A stretch of DNA of 64,000 nt from Octopus sinensis. Lineage: Eukaryota. The translations under genes and the position numbers were made by a program. The first letter of the stretch is position 1. The number at the start of each line of letters is the position of its first letter. The notes beneath the pieces are model-generated. The model saw only the letters and a list, made by a program, of their open reading frames with translations, was not told the DNA's origin and did not search any database. Positions 51,548-64,000 of this stretch are shown piece after piece. The stretch covers positions 89,962,001 to 90,026,000 of the forward strand of contig NC_043002.1 in assembly GCF_006345805.1 (NCBI RefSeq), in the 5' to 3' direction.

Positions 51548-54158
51548 TATATGTATATGTGCATTTTTTATTTGTAGTTTCAGCTGACGCATCACCATTT
51601 TGCTACACCGTTATTATTACTGAGAGCCTCCTCCAATATGTGGTCCTTGGTGAAGAATGGAGTTTGATGTAGCTACCCTCATTTGCACCTCTTGCCATGA
51701 GGTATGTCCATCTGGGACTCTCGACACGAAGAAGTCCAGCTTTGATTTAAAAACACCTACATCGACTTAGTGCAGGTTCCTCAGGCTCTTTGGTAGTCTC
51801 TGTCTACCAGATTCAATCATTAGGGATATTAAGTATATCATGTCGATATGACTCAAAGCCTGTCTCCTTTCCTGATAAATCTTCAAGAGGTTTACCTTCA
51901 GGACTTTCAATTTATAGGTTTTGATTTCAAGTTTGGAATTTTGTCCCTAAATTCTTTTACAAATTCGTCTCTGAGAACTAGGTCATAACCACACTTAGGT
52001 TCCTCTGTTTTGGCCTGGAGGATCTTTGTAAATATAAAGGGTGCTGAAAACTGAGCCCTGATAAAGATGAATAACAGGAAACAGTTGCACTGGCTGTCGT
52101 TGATTGTTCCAAGTGAACTCTGACTGTATCAGGCCTTTGATTAAAGACATTCCAGCCATGACTATCTTGTCTTTTTGATATAATCAGGGAGTACTGGATC
52201 ACATTATCCAGCATATCCTTTTTTCTTGAAGATGGCAGTGTATGATTTGACTGTTATTTCTAACAGATTGAATGACCATGTAGAAGTTCTTATTGGCTAG
52301 AGTAATTAGTGTTAATTAGTAAGAATAGAAGTTGAGTTAAAAGAATTAAGACACTTGTAAGTTATGTTGTGATTTATGAGATTATTACTGAAATAAATAA
52401 TAATGAAGATCATGGGCTTAAGTGATGTAATTAAGTAGATACGTTAAACTTTAGAACAATAGACATGAAGCATTTTAATAAGAATGTGATTAGAAATAGA
52501 CATCAAATATGATGGTGATAAATTGACAATGGTGCTAGTGACATTCAAAATAATAATAATGATGCACGGATATATATATATATATTTGATGACATATTTA
52601 AATTTTACTATATATATATACACAATTTTTGTTCTTGGGTAGCAACTGTTATTTCTTATTTGCTTACCCTGGGAAGTATGAAAAATGGCTAATATTTCCT
52701 TCAAACTTTACTTTTTGTTACATTTATTCAAATCCCAAAGATATTTCTTTATTGCCCACAAGGGGCTAAACATAGAGGGGACAAACAAGGACAGACAAAG
52801 GGATAAAGTCGATTACATCTACCCCAGTGAGTAACTGGTACTTAATTTATCGACCCCAAAAGGATGAAAGGTAAAGTTGACCTCGGCGGAATTTGAACTC
52901 ACAACATAGCGAATCCCTCTCTACACATGGCTATGATGCTTCCCCGCTACTCCTGCTCATCACTAGAGATGAGAGTTGCACATATTGTTAGCCACTACGG
53001 GACATGTTCAAGAGGTTACGGTCAAGCAACTGACAAACAAAATCTATGATATTGAGCAGAATATTTGCTATAACGATATTTCTGCTTCAGCAAATCAGCA
53101 CTGAATCTGTCTGAAATGTAATGGAAAATAGGTCAGTTTGAAAACATGGATGTCCGAGTGACAAAAGTAAAGAGTAAAGGGAATAGTAGTCATTTCCTTC
53201 TATTTCTAGAAAGAAGTAAATAGAAAATAACACTTACTGACCAAAGAAAAAAAAAATTTATTTTATTATACAGTGTTATTAAATCTTTCATATTCTTTTA
53301 CCATTTAAATCTCCTTTATCACTGGTTTCATAAATTCATGTGTTTCTATGCATTAGAAAATATTTTTAAATTACAGTATTTACTTCTGCTTGTCTCTAAA
53401 CATATCAGACTTCAGGTGCCAGACTCTGCTGGTATGTTGTACTTTCATTTTCCTTTGTCTTCATTTCTTCATCTCAAATCCCAAGTTTGTTAATTTAATA
53501 TTGTTGTCTACTACAGTACACTGACAGTTGATAGATGACCAATTTTCTTGTCTTCTTTTGGTGCTATATTCTTTATTCAGAGATTCTGTTATTCCTAGCA
53601 TTTATTGTTATTATATAAAATGTTGCATATTAGGAAAAAAATTTGCAGAGACACTTATTTTCTGTTTTTTACTCATTTTAGTAATTTGACTGTGGCCATG
53701 CTGGGGCAGCACCACGAAGGGTTTTAATTAAATGAATTGACCCCATTACTTATGCATTTTTTATAAGTCTGATACTTATTCTATTGGACTCTTATGACAA
53801 ACTGCTAAATTACAGGAACATAAATGAACCAACACCTGTTATCAAGCAGTGGTGAGGAACAAAGAAACAAAGACACACACATAAATATATTCATATGTAC
53901 ATACATATAGAAACATATACATTAATCAATCAATCAATCAAAAACAGTTTGATTCAGATACCTTGGTACTCTGAGTTTCAATCATGTGGTTAGTCTTTGG
54001 CCACTAGGGTATGAATCCCCAATGGCTAAAAGACTTGACACACACTTGAAACTCAGAGTACCAAGGAGTTTGAATCCATCTGCTTTGATCTACACATATA
54101 ACTCCCAATAAATGTGTAAGTGCCCTTCTTTTGTATGTTTACTCACTTGTATATATAT

Positions 54159-56140
54159 CATCATCATCAACATCATCATCATCGCTTAACGTCCGTTTTC
54201 CATGCTAGCATGGGTTGGACGGTTTGACTGGGGTCTGGGAAGCCAAAAGGCTGCACTAGGCTCCAGTCTGATCTGGCAGCGTTTCTACAGCTTGATGCCC
54301 TTCCTAATGCCAACCACTCCGTGAATGTAGTGGGTGCTTTTTATGTGCCACCAGCACAGGTGCCAGGTGAGGCTGGCAACAGCCATGATCAGTTGGTGCT
54401 TTTTACGTGTCACTGGCACAGAAGCTAGTCAAGGCGGCGCTGGCATTGGCCACATTCGGATGATGCTTTTTACGTTCCACTGGCACAGGGATCACAACTA
54501 TAATTTCCATTGATTTTTGATGTTGACGTACTTGACTCAATAGGTCTCCTCAAGCACAGGGTCAAAACGGTGTTTCTTTACTTGCCACCTGTACAGGAGT
54601 CAGTCCAGCAGCACTGGCAACAGCCGGGTGCCAGTCATAGGATTTGGTTCAATTTCGATTTCACTTGCCCCAACAGGTCTTTGCAAGCAGAGTTTAGTGT
54701 CCAATGAAGGGAGGTTGGCACGGGTGCCAGTCGTCGGATGTGGTTCGATTTTGAATTCAATTTCGATTTCACTTGCTTCAACAGGTCTTCACAAGCAGAG
54801 TTTTGTGTCCAAAGAAGGAAAGGTATGCATAAGTGGGCTGGCTACATCCCTGACAAAAGCCACGGGTTATGGACTCACTTGTCCTGCTGGGTCTTCTCAC
54901 ACACAGCATATTTCCAAAGGTCTCGGTCACCAGTCATTGCCTCGGTGAGGCCTAATGTTCGAAGGTCGTGCTTCACCACCTCATACCTGGTTTTCCTGGG
55001 TCTACCTCTTCCACAGGTTCCCTCAACCGCTAGGGAGTGGCACTTTTTCACACACCTATCGTCATCCATTCTCGCCACATGACCATACCAGCGCAGTCGT
55101 CTCTCTTGCACACCACAACTGATGCTTCTTAGGTCTAACTTTTCTCTCAAGGTACTTACACTCTGTCGAGTATGTACACTGACATTACACATCCATTGGA
55201 GCATACTGGCTTCATTCCTTGTGAGCTTACGCATGTCCTCAGCAGTCACAGCCCATGTTTCACTGCCATGTAGCATGGCTGGTCGTACACATGCGTCCTA
55301 CAGTCTGCCTTTTACTCTGAGCGAGAGGCCCTTTGTCACCAGCAGAGGTAAGAGCTCTCTGAACTTTGCCCAGGCTATTCTTACTCTAGCAGTTACACTT
55401 TTAACACACCTGCCCCACTACTGACTTGGTCACCTAAGTAATGGAAGCTGTCAACTACTTCTAGTTTTTCTCCCTGGAAAGTGGCGGAAGTTGTTCTCTG
55501 CAGACTTTCAGTGTTTATTGCTCCTGAGCATCTGCCACATACAAAAACTATCTTCCTAGTTAGCCTTCCTTTGACATTGCTGCACCTCTTATGTGTCCAT
55601 AGCTTACACTGGGTACATCTTACAGAGTTTCTACCTATGCCTTTTCTACAGATTGAGCAGGGCCATCTACCTGAAGGCGTTTGAGGTTTGTCAACCTTCC
55701 TACTTATTAGGACTTTTGTTTTAGTTAGGTTGACTCTAAGGCCCTTCGATTCTAATCCTTGCTTCCACACCTGAAACTTCTCCTCCAGTTCTGATAGTGA
55801 CTCAGCAATTAGAGTAAGGTCATCAGCATAGAGGAGCTCCCAGGGGCATCCTGTCTTGAATTCCTCTGTTATTGCCTGGAGAACTATGATAAATAGGAGG
55901 AGGTTGAGAACTGAACCTTGGTGGACCCCTACCTCTACCCGTAATTCTTCACTGTACTCATTGCCAACACTCACCTTACTAACAGTATCCCTGTACATGG
56001 CTCACACAGCTCTCACTAACCATTCATCTATCCCTAGTTTCCTCATTGACCACCAGATAAGGGATCGGGGGACCCTGTCAAAGACTTTCTCCATCTCAAC
56101 AAAAGCCAGGTACAGAGGTTTATCTTTGGCTAGGTATTTC
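54159..56140 (-). mobile_element. 5'-truncated RTE-clade LINE (RT C-terminal half, 3' UTR, (GAT)n tail)
   Basis: ORFs 55393-55998 ([20 protein letters not shown]) and 54875-55276 (MLHGSETW, RLRWYGHVARM, RGRPRKT) are frameshifted; the element is truncated at a (TA)n tract. Confidence 0.92.
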
Positions 56141-56234
<94 letters not shown>

Positions 56235-57757
56235 TTATATATATATATATATACACACGCACACACACACATACATACACATACACCCATACAAAACACT
56301 TCTTTCAGTTTCTGTCTATCAAATCCACTCACAAGGCTTTGGTCATCCTAGGGTTATAGTAGAAGACACTTGTCCAAGCTGCTATGTAATGGGACTGAAC
56401 CCAGAACCATGTAGTTAAAAAGCAAATTTTTTTTACCACACTGCTTCTAAAAATATTGAAGAAAAGATATTAAATAATCAAGGAAAATATTTTTTCATCT
56501 CTAAAATGATTTTAATGATTGCTTTCTAAATATGAAGGAACGAGGGTTGATTTTTTGCCAAAATATTTTTCCCTTACAGAAGGTAAAAATGCTATTTGCT
56601 GTATTTTGCTTGTTGAATGACACTGAAGAATGAACTTTATTTTTTAAAAGAATTTTTGTTTACATTTACAAAACGTTTTAGAATTATACACACACACACG
56701 ATACTCATATGCACACACATACACGATCCCATACACACACCACACTATAAACAATCCCATCTCATTACTCACACCCTATCCAGGCAATCATATACACACA
56801 GATACACAAACACACACATACACTGTGTTATATACACACACCACAGTACACTATGCATACTCATAATACCAGCTACATAGACATGTGCACACACATTGTG
56901 CTACACTACATACACACTATGGCACACACACACACTATGCCAGACAGACACATACACACACACACGCACAAACATACATGCATACTCTCCCTGCTTACAG
57001 TCTGATGCTGATACTTATGTGCTCAGAAAGTTGTTGAGAGGCTGTAAATTTATTTTACCAATGAATAACTGAAAGTTGTTAAATCTCTCAAATTTTCTCA
57101 CAAATTTCTTAAAGAAAAATAATTCATTTACAATACATTATCCATTTGCCAATAAACTGAATACTTCTTTCATATTAAAAATTCAAATATTTGCTCTAAA
57201 TTTAATCCTCTTTTTGTTGAGTTAACAGTGAAGTTCTTAGACACATCACTACAATACACAATATGGAATTAAGAAACATTCTTTCTTCATTGTATATAAA
57301 ATTTTTATTTGTAAACAAATCTTCTTTCAGATCTGTGGCTCATTATTGTAAAATGAGTAAATCTGTTGTATAAGATTAATTAGATGATGATGTTGAGAGA
57401 TAAAACCATTCTTCAGTCCAGCTGTTGTGGATTATCTATGTTTCATCTCTGAGGAAGCTAACTGCAACTCCCATGGAAATTAGAGTGCAGGTATGGTGCA
57501 GGTGTTATATAGATATGAATTGCTGTTATATGTATGTGTGTCTTTATGTGTGCGTGAGTGTGTGTGTGAATTTGTTTCCATATGAATACATTACGATCAT
57601 CTGAACAATGTCAGTGTCTTTCTTTACATTCTCCAGTAAGTAAAGTCCTGTAGTTTCAATGGCTTTATTGCTTTTGGTGTATATTGACCAACAGACTAAA
57701 AATACCAAACTTGGAAACACGTGAAGGTTGGTAACAGAAAGAGTATCCAACCATAAA

Positions 57758-58435
57758 ATGGGTAAATTTTCACCATTTTATATTTTTAATTTTGGGCATG
57801 TACATTGTTTATTTTTGATTTTGTCAATTAAACAATATAGTAGGGTCAGTTGGGCACCATCTGTGAGAAAAACAGCATAATGATGCAATTCATTCTGCCA
57901 GAAATTTGGAAACAACATGCTGTACTACATGGCATTTGCACCAGAAGCTCCAGTATAAAAATTTCAGAGTGTCAATCTGAGGACATGTGCCGAGAGTGAT
58001 AAAAAACAAACATCCAGTCAACATCATGGTGTTTTGAGTGGTCACTAATGATGGTGATGTTATGCCTCCATTCATCTTTTCACACAGCCTCAGGCTCAAC
58101 ACGGTGGCCTACATCAAGTGCCTGGCAGAAGTAGGAAAACCCAGTCATGGCTGTCAGACAATTTCTGCAACCACATCAGCCCTAACCTGGGCACCTAACT
58201 CCCTAGACTGCAACCCCCTTGATTATTATGTATGGGGTGCAGTTGAGTGAGAGACTAACAAAACTTGTCGTAACACCAAAGATGACTGAAGGCAAGGATT
58301 ATGGCAACATTCATCAACTTAAACAAGGAGACTGTCCAAAAGAGTTGCATAAGATTCCAAAGTCATCTGGAGGCTATGGTAGAAACCAATGGCGATTTTA
58401 TTGAATAAATTTACTCTTTAGTATTTCAAGATATA
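57758..58435 (+). mobile_element. partial Tc1/maT-like element, same family as 14252-15176
   Basis: Collinear similarity and the WAPNSLDCNPLDYYVWGAVE motif. Confidence 0.8.
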
Positions 58436-58449
58436 TATATATATATATA

Positions 58450-58509
<60 letters not shown>

Positions 58510-58511
58510 TA

Positions 58512-58575
<64 letters not shown>

Positions 58576-58635
58576 ATATATATATATGCATATATATATG
58601 TATATATATATAATATATATATATATATGTATATA

Positions 58636-58677
<42 letters not shown>

Positions 58678-58679
<2 letters not shown>

Positions 58680-59092
58680 TGCGGGAGTGGCTGTGTGGTA
58701 AGTAGCTTGCTAACCAACCACATGGTTCCGGGTTCAGTCCCACTGCATGGCATCTTGGGCAAGTGTCTTCTGCTATAGCCCCGGGCCGATCAATGCCTTG
58801 TGAGTGGATTTGGTAGACGGAAACTGAAAGAAGCCTGTCGTATATATGTATATATATATATATGTGTGTGTGTTTGTGTGTCTGTGTTTGTCCCCCTAGC
58901 ATTGCTTGACAACCGATGCTGGTGTCTTTACGTCCCCGTCACTTAGCGGTTCGGCAAAAGAGACCGATAGAATAAGTACTGGGCTTACAAAGAATAAGTC
59001 CCGGAGTCGATTTGCTCGACTAAAGGTGGTGCTCCAGCATGGCCGCAGTCAATTGACTGAAACAAGTAAAAGAGTAAAAGAGTAAAAGAGTA
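58678..59092 (+). mobile_element. family A SINE, young full-length copy
   Basis: CpGs retained; (GTAAAAGA)3 tail. Confidence 0.9.
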
Positions 59093-60166
59093 ATATCTCC
59101 ATATATACAAATGCACAAGTGTACACACAATATCATCATCATTATCATCATCGTTCTTTTATAGTCCACTTTTCTTGGTTTGCATGGATTGAGGTTGATT
59201 GTTTTTTTTTTGTTTTTTTTTGCATGTCTGGATGATATTCCTACTGCTCACCCTCAACTGTTTTCCAATAAGGTAACAGTCACTCTGACTAGTGAACAAC
59301 AAAGCCTAGATGTAGCTACACAGGGAGCTTGAAACAAATGATAATGTTTAAATGTGGCTTTAGTTTACAAAAGGTAACATTAGACATGCTTTCATAGTTG
59401 ACTGTAAGCAAATACCACTACCTGCGCAATGAGTGATGCTTTTGTTTGCAAAGAGCAAAGACACATGAAGATGAAAGGAATTACAAACTTACACACCCTA
59501 CACACACACACACACACAGAAGACAAGGTATGAGTTAACTTGTGATTATAGTATAATGATAATAATAATTTGTTCGTTTATTGGCCACAAGGTCTAACAA
59601 AAATCAAATAAAACCTGTAAGGACAAAATACAAGACAAGTTACAAAAAAGGTTTTGTCCGTTTGAAAAGTCTGTGTAAAAATGCAAGATAACAATGAAAA
59701 TATAACAAGTAAAAACTCCCAATAAGCGGAGGCACTTCGAAAGGTTACTCATGGAAAAGCCCATAAAAGCCATGGGAGCCTGGTCAAAAGAGGGGTAATA
59801 ATGATAATAAGAGGAGACCCCTTTCAGTCATGAATGACCATGGGATTGTACCTAGAAAGTTACCCTCCAAGGCACAAGTCCAGGCAAGGTTGTTTCCATG
59901 GAAGGCCAGCAGTCGCCTGTGAACACCAGCCCCCCCCTCTCCACACCACTGGTGTTATCCAAGGGTAAGGCAAAGGCCAATAGAGCTTGGCATCTATGAT
60001 GTTGCAACTCATTTCTACAGCTGAGTGAACTGGAGCAATGTGAAATAAAGTGTCTTGCTCAAGAACACAACACGCAGCCCAGTTTGGGAATTGAACTCAC
60101 AATCTCATGATCGTAAGCTTAACACTCTAATCACTGAGCCATGTGCCTTCACTAATAATAATAATA

Positions 60167-60210
<44 letters not shown>

Positions 60211-60211
<1 letters not shown>

Positions 60212-60706
60212 TTATCATGTACATTGTTTTGTCTTGGTATAAAAGATGGGTTACAGCAAATATTCTGCTCAATACCACAGATTTGCTTGTCAGTTGTTTG
60301 ACCTTAACCAGTTGAGCATGTCCCTTAGTGGTTGACGATATGTGCATCTCTGATCACGAGCAGAAGTAGTGGGGGGGCATCATAGCCATGTGTTGAGAGG
60401 GATTCTTTGGGGTTTGAATAATTCACCTCTGGAAACATGGGTGGTTCTTTCAACATCCTTAAACAACCCTTATTCAGGGACCTTTTGAGTGGGATGGGCT
60501 ACTCAACCTGAAGAAATTTCTAACTGGGCCCCACCTGCAAGGTCATGTGCTGTTTATCTTGATATGAGATCACCATGTCGAGTACATATGGTTGTGATGC
60601 ATGTGCCTGGTGTACCCTTAACAGACGGCTAGTCATGATGGGTATATTGGGCTTCGTATATTTTACCCCAGTGTCACTTTTATGGCATGAACTGCTCTCT
60701 CACTCA
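60211..60706 (+). mobile_element. ~495-bp retroposon inserted in (TAA)n
   Basis: (AAT)n on both sides; same family as 5961-6445. Confidence 0.75.
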
Positions 60707-61438
60707 ATAATAATAATTATAATTATAATAATAATAATAATAATAATAATCCTTTCTACTATAAACACAAGGCCTGAAATTTGGAGTGATGGGACTAGTC
60801 GATTATATTGACATCAGTACTCAACTGGTACATGGATGTAGATATGCCCACTCATGTACACATATTCATGCATTCACACACACACGCACACACATGTATG
60901 TATAAATATAAAATGTAAGTATAAATATAAAACTGTGTCCCAGGGACACAGCGAGGAATGCATACACCAAGTTCTGGAGTTATCTTTTGTCCCTGGTGGA
61001 AGCTGAGAGCAGCTACTGTGAATAAACTGTTATCTTCCAGCCATAATCTAATGTGGTATTTTTTCGATTTTTTAAAAACAATTTTATTTTTGGATGGAAT
61101 ATCGTGTTTTCCTTTGCTTTTATGCAAACTGTCAAATTTAGCCTGAACACCTTGTACATAGATACGTGCCTATGTGCACATGTGGAACAGATACACACAT
61201 AAGGACACACACACACACACAAATACATATACCCATGGATCAGCACACAAGTATAATTAGCTGAATCTATATCGGTTGTGGGAAGGGTAATGCAAAATAA
61301 AGGATGTCGCTTTTGTGGGGTTTACTTGTAAATGCAATAAGCTTACAGTTGTTATACATTCTATGTATACGTACATGTAAACAGTATGTGCATGTATGTA
61401 CAAATGCACACACTCTTACTCACATATACATGTGCATA

Positions 61439-62083
61439 GAAGGAGTGTTCATTAAAGATTTATCTTGACCCACTTCTGTTTACTGCAGGAAATGGAACTT
61501 GTACAGGTATAATAATGTATGTCACTATATGTCACATCATAAATTGCAGCATCCCACTCGTATTCGTTTGTCTTTTATGGCTGCTGAAGAGGACTAAGGT
61601 GTTATAATGGAGGCAGTTGAATGCAGATCAGTGATCAGGTTTTTATACTCGAAAGGTCGTACACCAAAAGAGACTTTCGACGAGATGAAAGAAATTTATG
61701 GTGACGATGCACCATCATATGATGTAATCAAGCACTGTGGTTGGACATCGGTGGAAACTGCTCCTATTCCAAGATGGCACATTCTGCCGTTGATGATGAC
61801 ACCATCTATAAAGTGGAATATGCCACTTTGGAGGATTGCTGCATAACTTCTTGGCAACTAGTTACTCTCTCTTTTACTCTTTTACTTGTTTCAGTAATGT
61901 GACTGTGGCCATGCTGGAGCACCGCCTTTAGTCGAGCAAATCGATCCGAGGACTTATTCTTTATAAACCTAGTACTTATTGTATTGGAATCTTTTGTCGA
62001 ACTGCTAAGTTATAGGGACGTAAACACACCAGCATCAATTGTCAAGCAATGTTGGGGGAACAAACACAGACACACAAACATAT

Positions 62084-62126
<43 letters not shown>

Positions 62127-62595
62127 TACGACGGGCTTCTTTCAGTTTCCGTCTACCAAATACACTCACAATTCTTTGGTCGGCCCAAGGCTATAGTAGA
62201 AGACACTTGTCCAAGGTGCCACACAGTGGGACTGAACCCAGTACCATGTGGTTCATAGGAAGCTACTTACCATGCTGCCACTCTGACCATTTGCACATGT
62301 GGAAGTTGTTTGCATGATGGATTTCCCAGATACTCACACCTTTTCAGAAGAAGGAATTAGTCAGTTGCTCCCAGGCTCTTTTGGCAATGTGCCAAGAAAA
62401 TGAGGAGGATTTTTTCAGCAGAAGTATCACACAGGATGAAACATGGGTCCATCACTATGATCCTGAAACTAAAATCCAGTCGAAGTAATGGGAGAAGTGT
62501 GTCACCATTGGTGGTGGCTATGTAGAAAAGTACTAATAATCATGCTAATTTTCATTTATCCCAAGAAGTGGAAATCTTTAATGAACACCCCCTCG
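61439..62595 (+). mobile_element. deleted mariner element interrupted by a family A SINE (about 61863-62283)
   Basis: TIRs GTGTTCATTAAAGATTT / AAATCTTTAATGAACAC; MEAVECRSVIRFLYSKGRTPKETFDEMKEIYGDDAPSY and TQDETWVHHYDPETK remnants. Confidence 0.85.
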
Positions 62596-62670
62596 TATAT
62601 ATACACATACACTTATTTATTCATTTATTGAACAGTGTAAGAGTAAACCATTTGAAAAACATGCAGTATA

Positions 62671-62835
62671 GGCGTAGGAGTGGCTGTGTGGTAAGTAGCT
62701 TGCTTAACAACCACATGGTTCTGGGTTCAGTCCCACTGCATGGCACTTTGGGCAAGTGTCTTCTATTATAGCCTTGGGCCGACCAAAGCCTTGTGAGTGG
62801 ATTTGGTAGACGGAAACTGAAAGAATCCCATCGTA

Positions 62836-62887
<52 letters not shown>

Positions 62888-63114
62888 GTGTGTGTGTGTG
62901 TGTGTGTGTGTTTGTGTGTCTGTGTTTGTCCCTCCAACATCACTTGACAACCGATGCTAGTGTGTTTACGTCCCCATAACTTAGTGGTTCGGCAAAAGAG
63001 ACCAATAGAATAAGTACTAGGCTTACAAAGAATAAGTCCTGGGGTCGATTTGCTCGACTAAAGGCGGTGCTCCAGCATGGCCGCAGTCAAGTGACTGAAG
63101 CAAGTAAAAGAGTA
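62671..63114 (+). mobile_element. family A SINE
   Basis: Full head, body and tail. Confidence 0.9.
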
Positions 63115-63566
63115 TCCATGTGACTTTGCAATTGTTTTTATAATTTTTTCCAGAATAATCCAGGGAAGTACTTTTATCACGAATTTATAAATGTAAGCCC
63201 TTTTCATTGGAAGCCAGTTTGATAAATGCCAATGCACATAACCCTTAGTTTTTCAGTCACTCTATAACCTCTACTGATCATAAAAAAAAGAACTGTATAT
63301 ATATGTGTGTGTGTATGTATGTATATGTATATGTGTATGTATATGTGGGTCTGTATATGTGTGTGTGTGAGTGTGTGTGTGTGTATAATATATATGTATA
63401 TATACACAGATACATACATATACACATACATACACACAGGTATATACTAAAGTAATGAAATATGGTGTATATATCTTTATGTTACACACACACTATGGTA
63501 TTGAAGTGTACATATTTATATATACATATGTATATATATATATATATATAATATATATATATATAA

Positions 63567-63600
<34 letters not shown>

Positions 63601-64000
63601 AACTTACATGTGTGTGTGTGTGCTATGTAAGTATGCATCAACCATAGATACAATACAAAATATCTTTGTACAATATTGTGGCATTTATTAGCAACAAAGA
63701 CAGTGAAGTGTGAAATTGGCCATCATCTACCTTAGAGGCTAACCATGGGATACTTCAGCCAATATTCTTCAAGTTGTCTGAATTGTCAAACGATCTTCAC
63801 AAACTTTGGTTCACCGGTCAAGTTACCATAATCACTTCCAAAGTATCCATAAATTTTTTGTCAGTTTATTTCTCATAACATAACAACTTTCTTTTCCAGA
63901 TAGACCAGTATGTTCTACACACTGGCCTCAGATGCACAAGAAGGCATCACCTTTCTTATAGTTGGTCTTAGAATGTAATTTGTTGCTGATTGGCTGAGTG

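Noticed and set aside
51655-51745. Possible HDV-like ribozyme
   Set aside because: No nested double pseudoknot could be built; the minus strand reads as a CR1-like ORF2 C-terminus (KLDFFVSRVPD...ATSNS).
57594-57696. Possible minus-strand exon (CWSIYTKSNKAIETTGLYLLENVKKDTDIVQMI)
   Set aside because: Isolated, with modest splice sites and no recognisable homology.
63730-64000. Possible piggyBac-like coding fossil at the window end
   Set aside because: Stops in the frames examined and no diagnostic motif; it is also cut by the window edge.

Overview
AT-rich, repeat-saturated eukaryotic DNA with no long intact ORF. The SINE families, (TA)n/(CA)n/(GAT)n microsatellites and RTE/mariner fossils look like an Octopus-type cephalopod genome (inference from repeat families). 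It contains several tRNA-derived SINE families, RTE, CR1-like and R4/Dong-like LINE fragments, three mariner and three Tc1/maT-like fossils, a hAT fossil with a promoter-like 5' end, two non-autonomous Helitrons, a Helentron-like element and MITEs. A minus-strand spliced host gene (about 4.0-18.7 kb) is possible but weakly supported. The main hidden signal is a set of at least nine full or partial type-I hammerhead ribozyme motifs with palindromic helix III, in short non-coding elements that mostly sit in (TA)n tracts and often carry fold-back arms. The best case is a 474-bp element (35773-36246) with a 12-bp target-site duplication, 112-bp terminal direct repeats (362-nt unit) and an intact U3-A8 variant hammerhead, inserted into a mariner. 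It looks like a retrozyme-like or non-autonomous Penelope-like RNA mobile element. All structures were read by eye; none was computed or searched.
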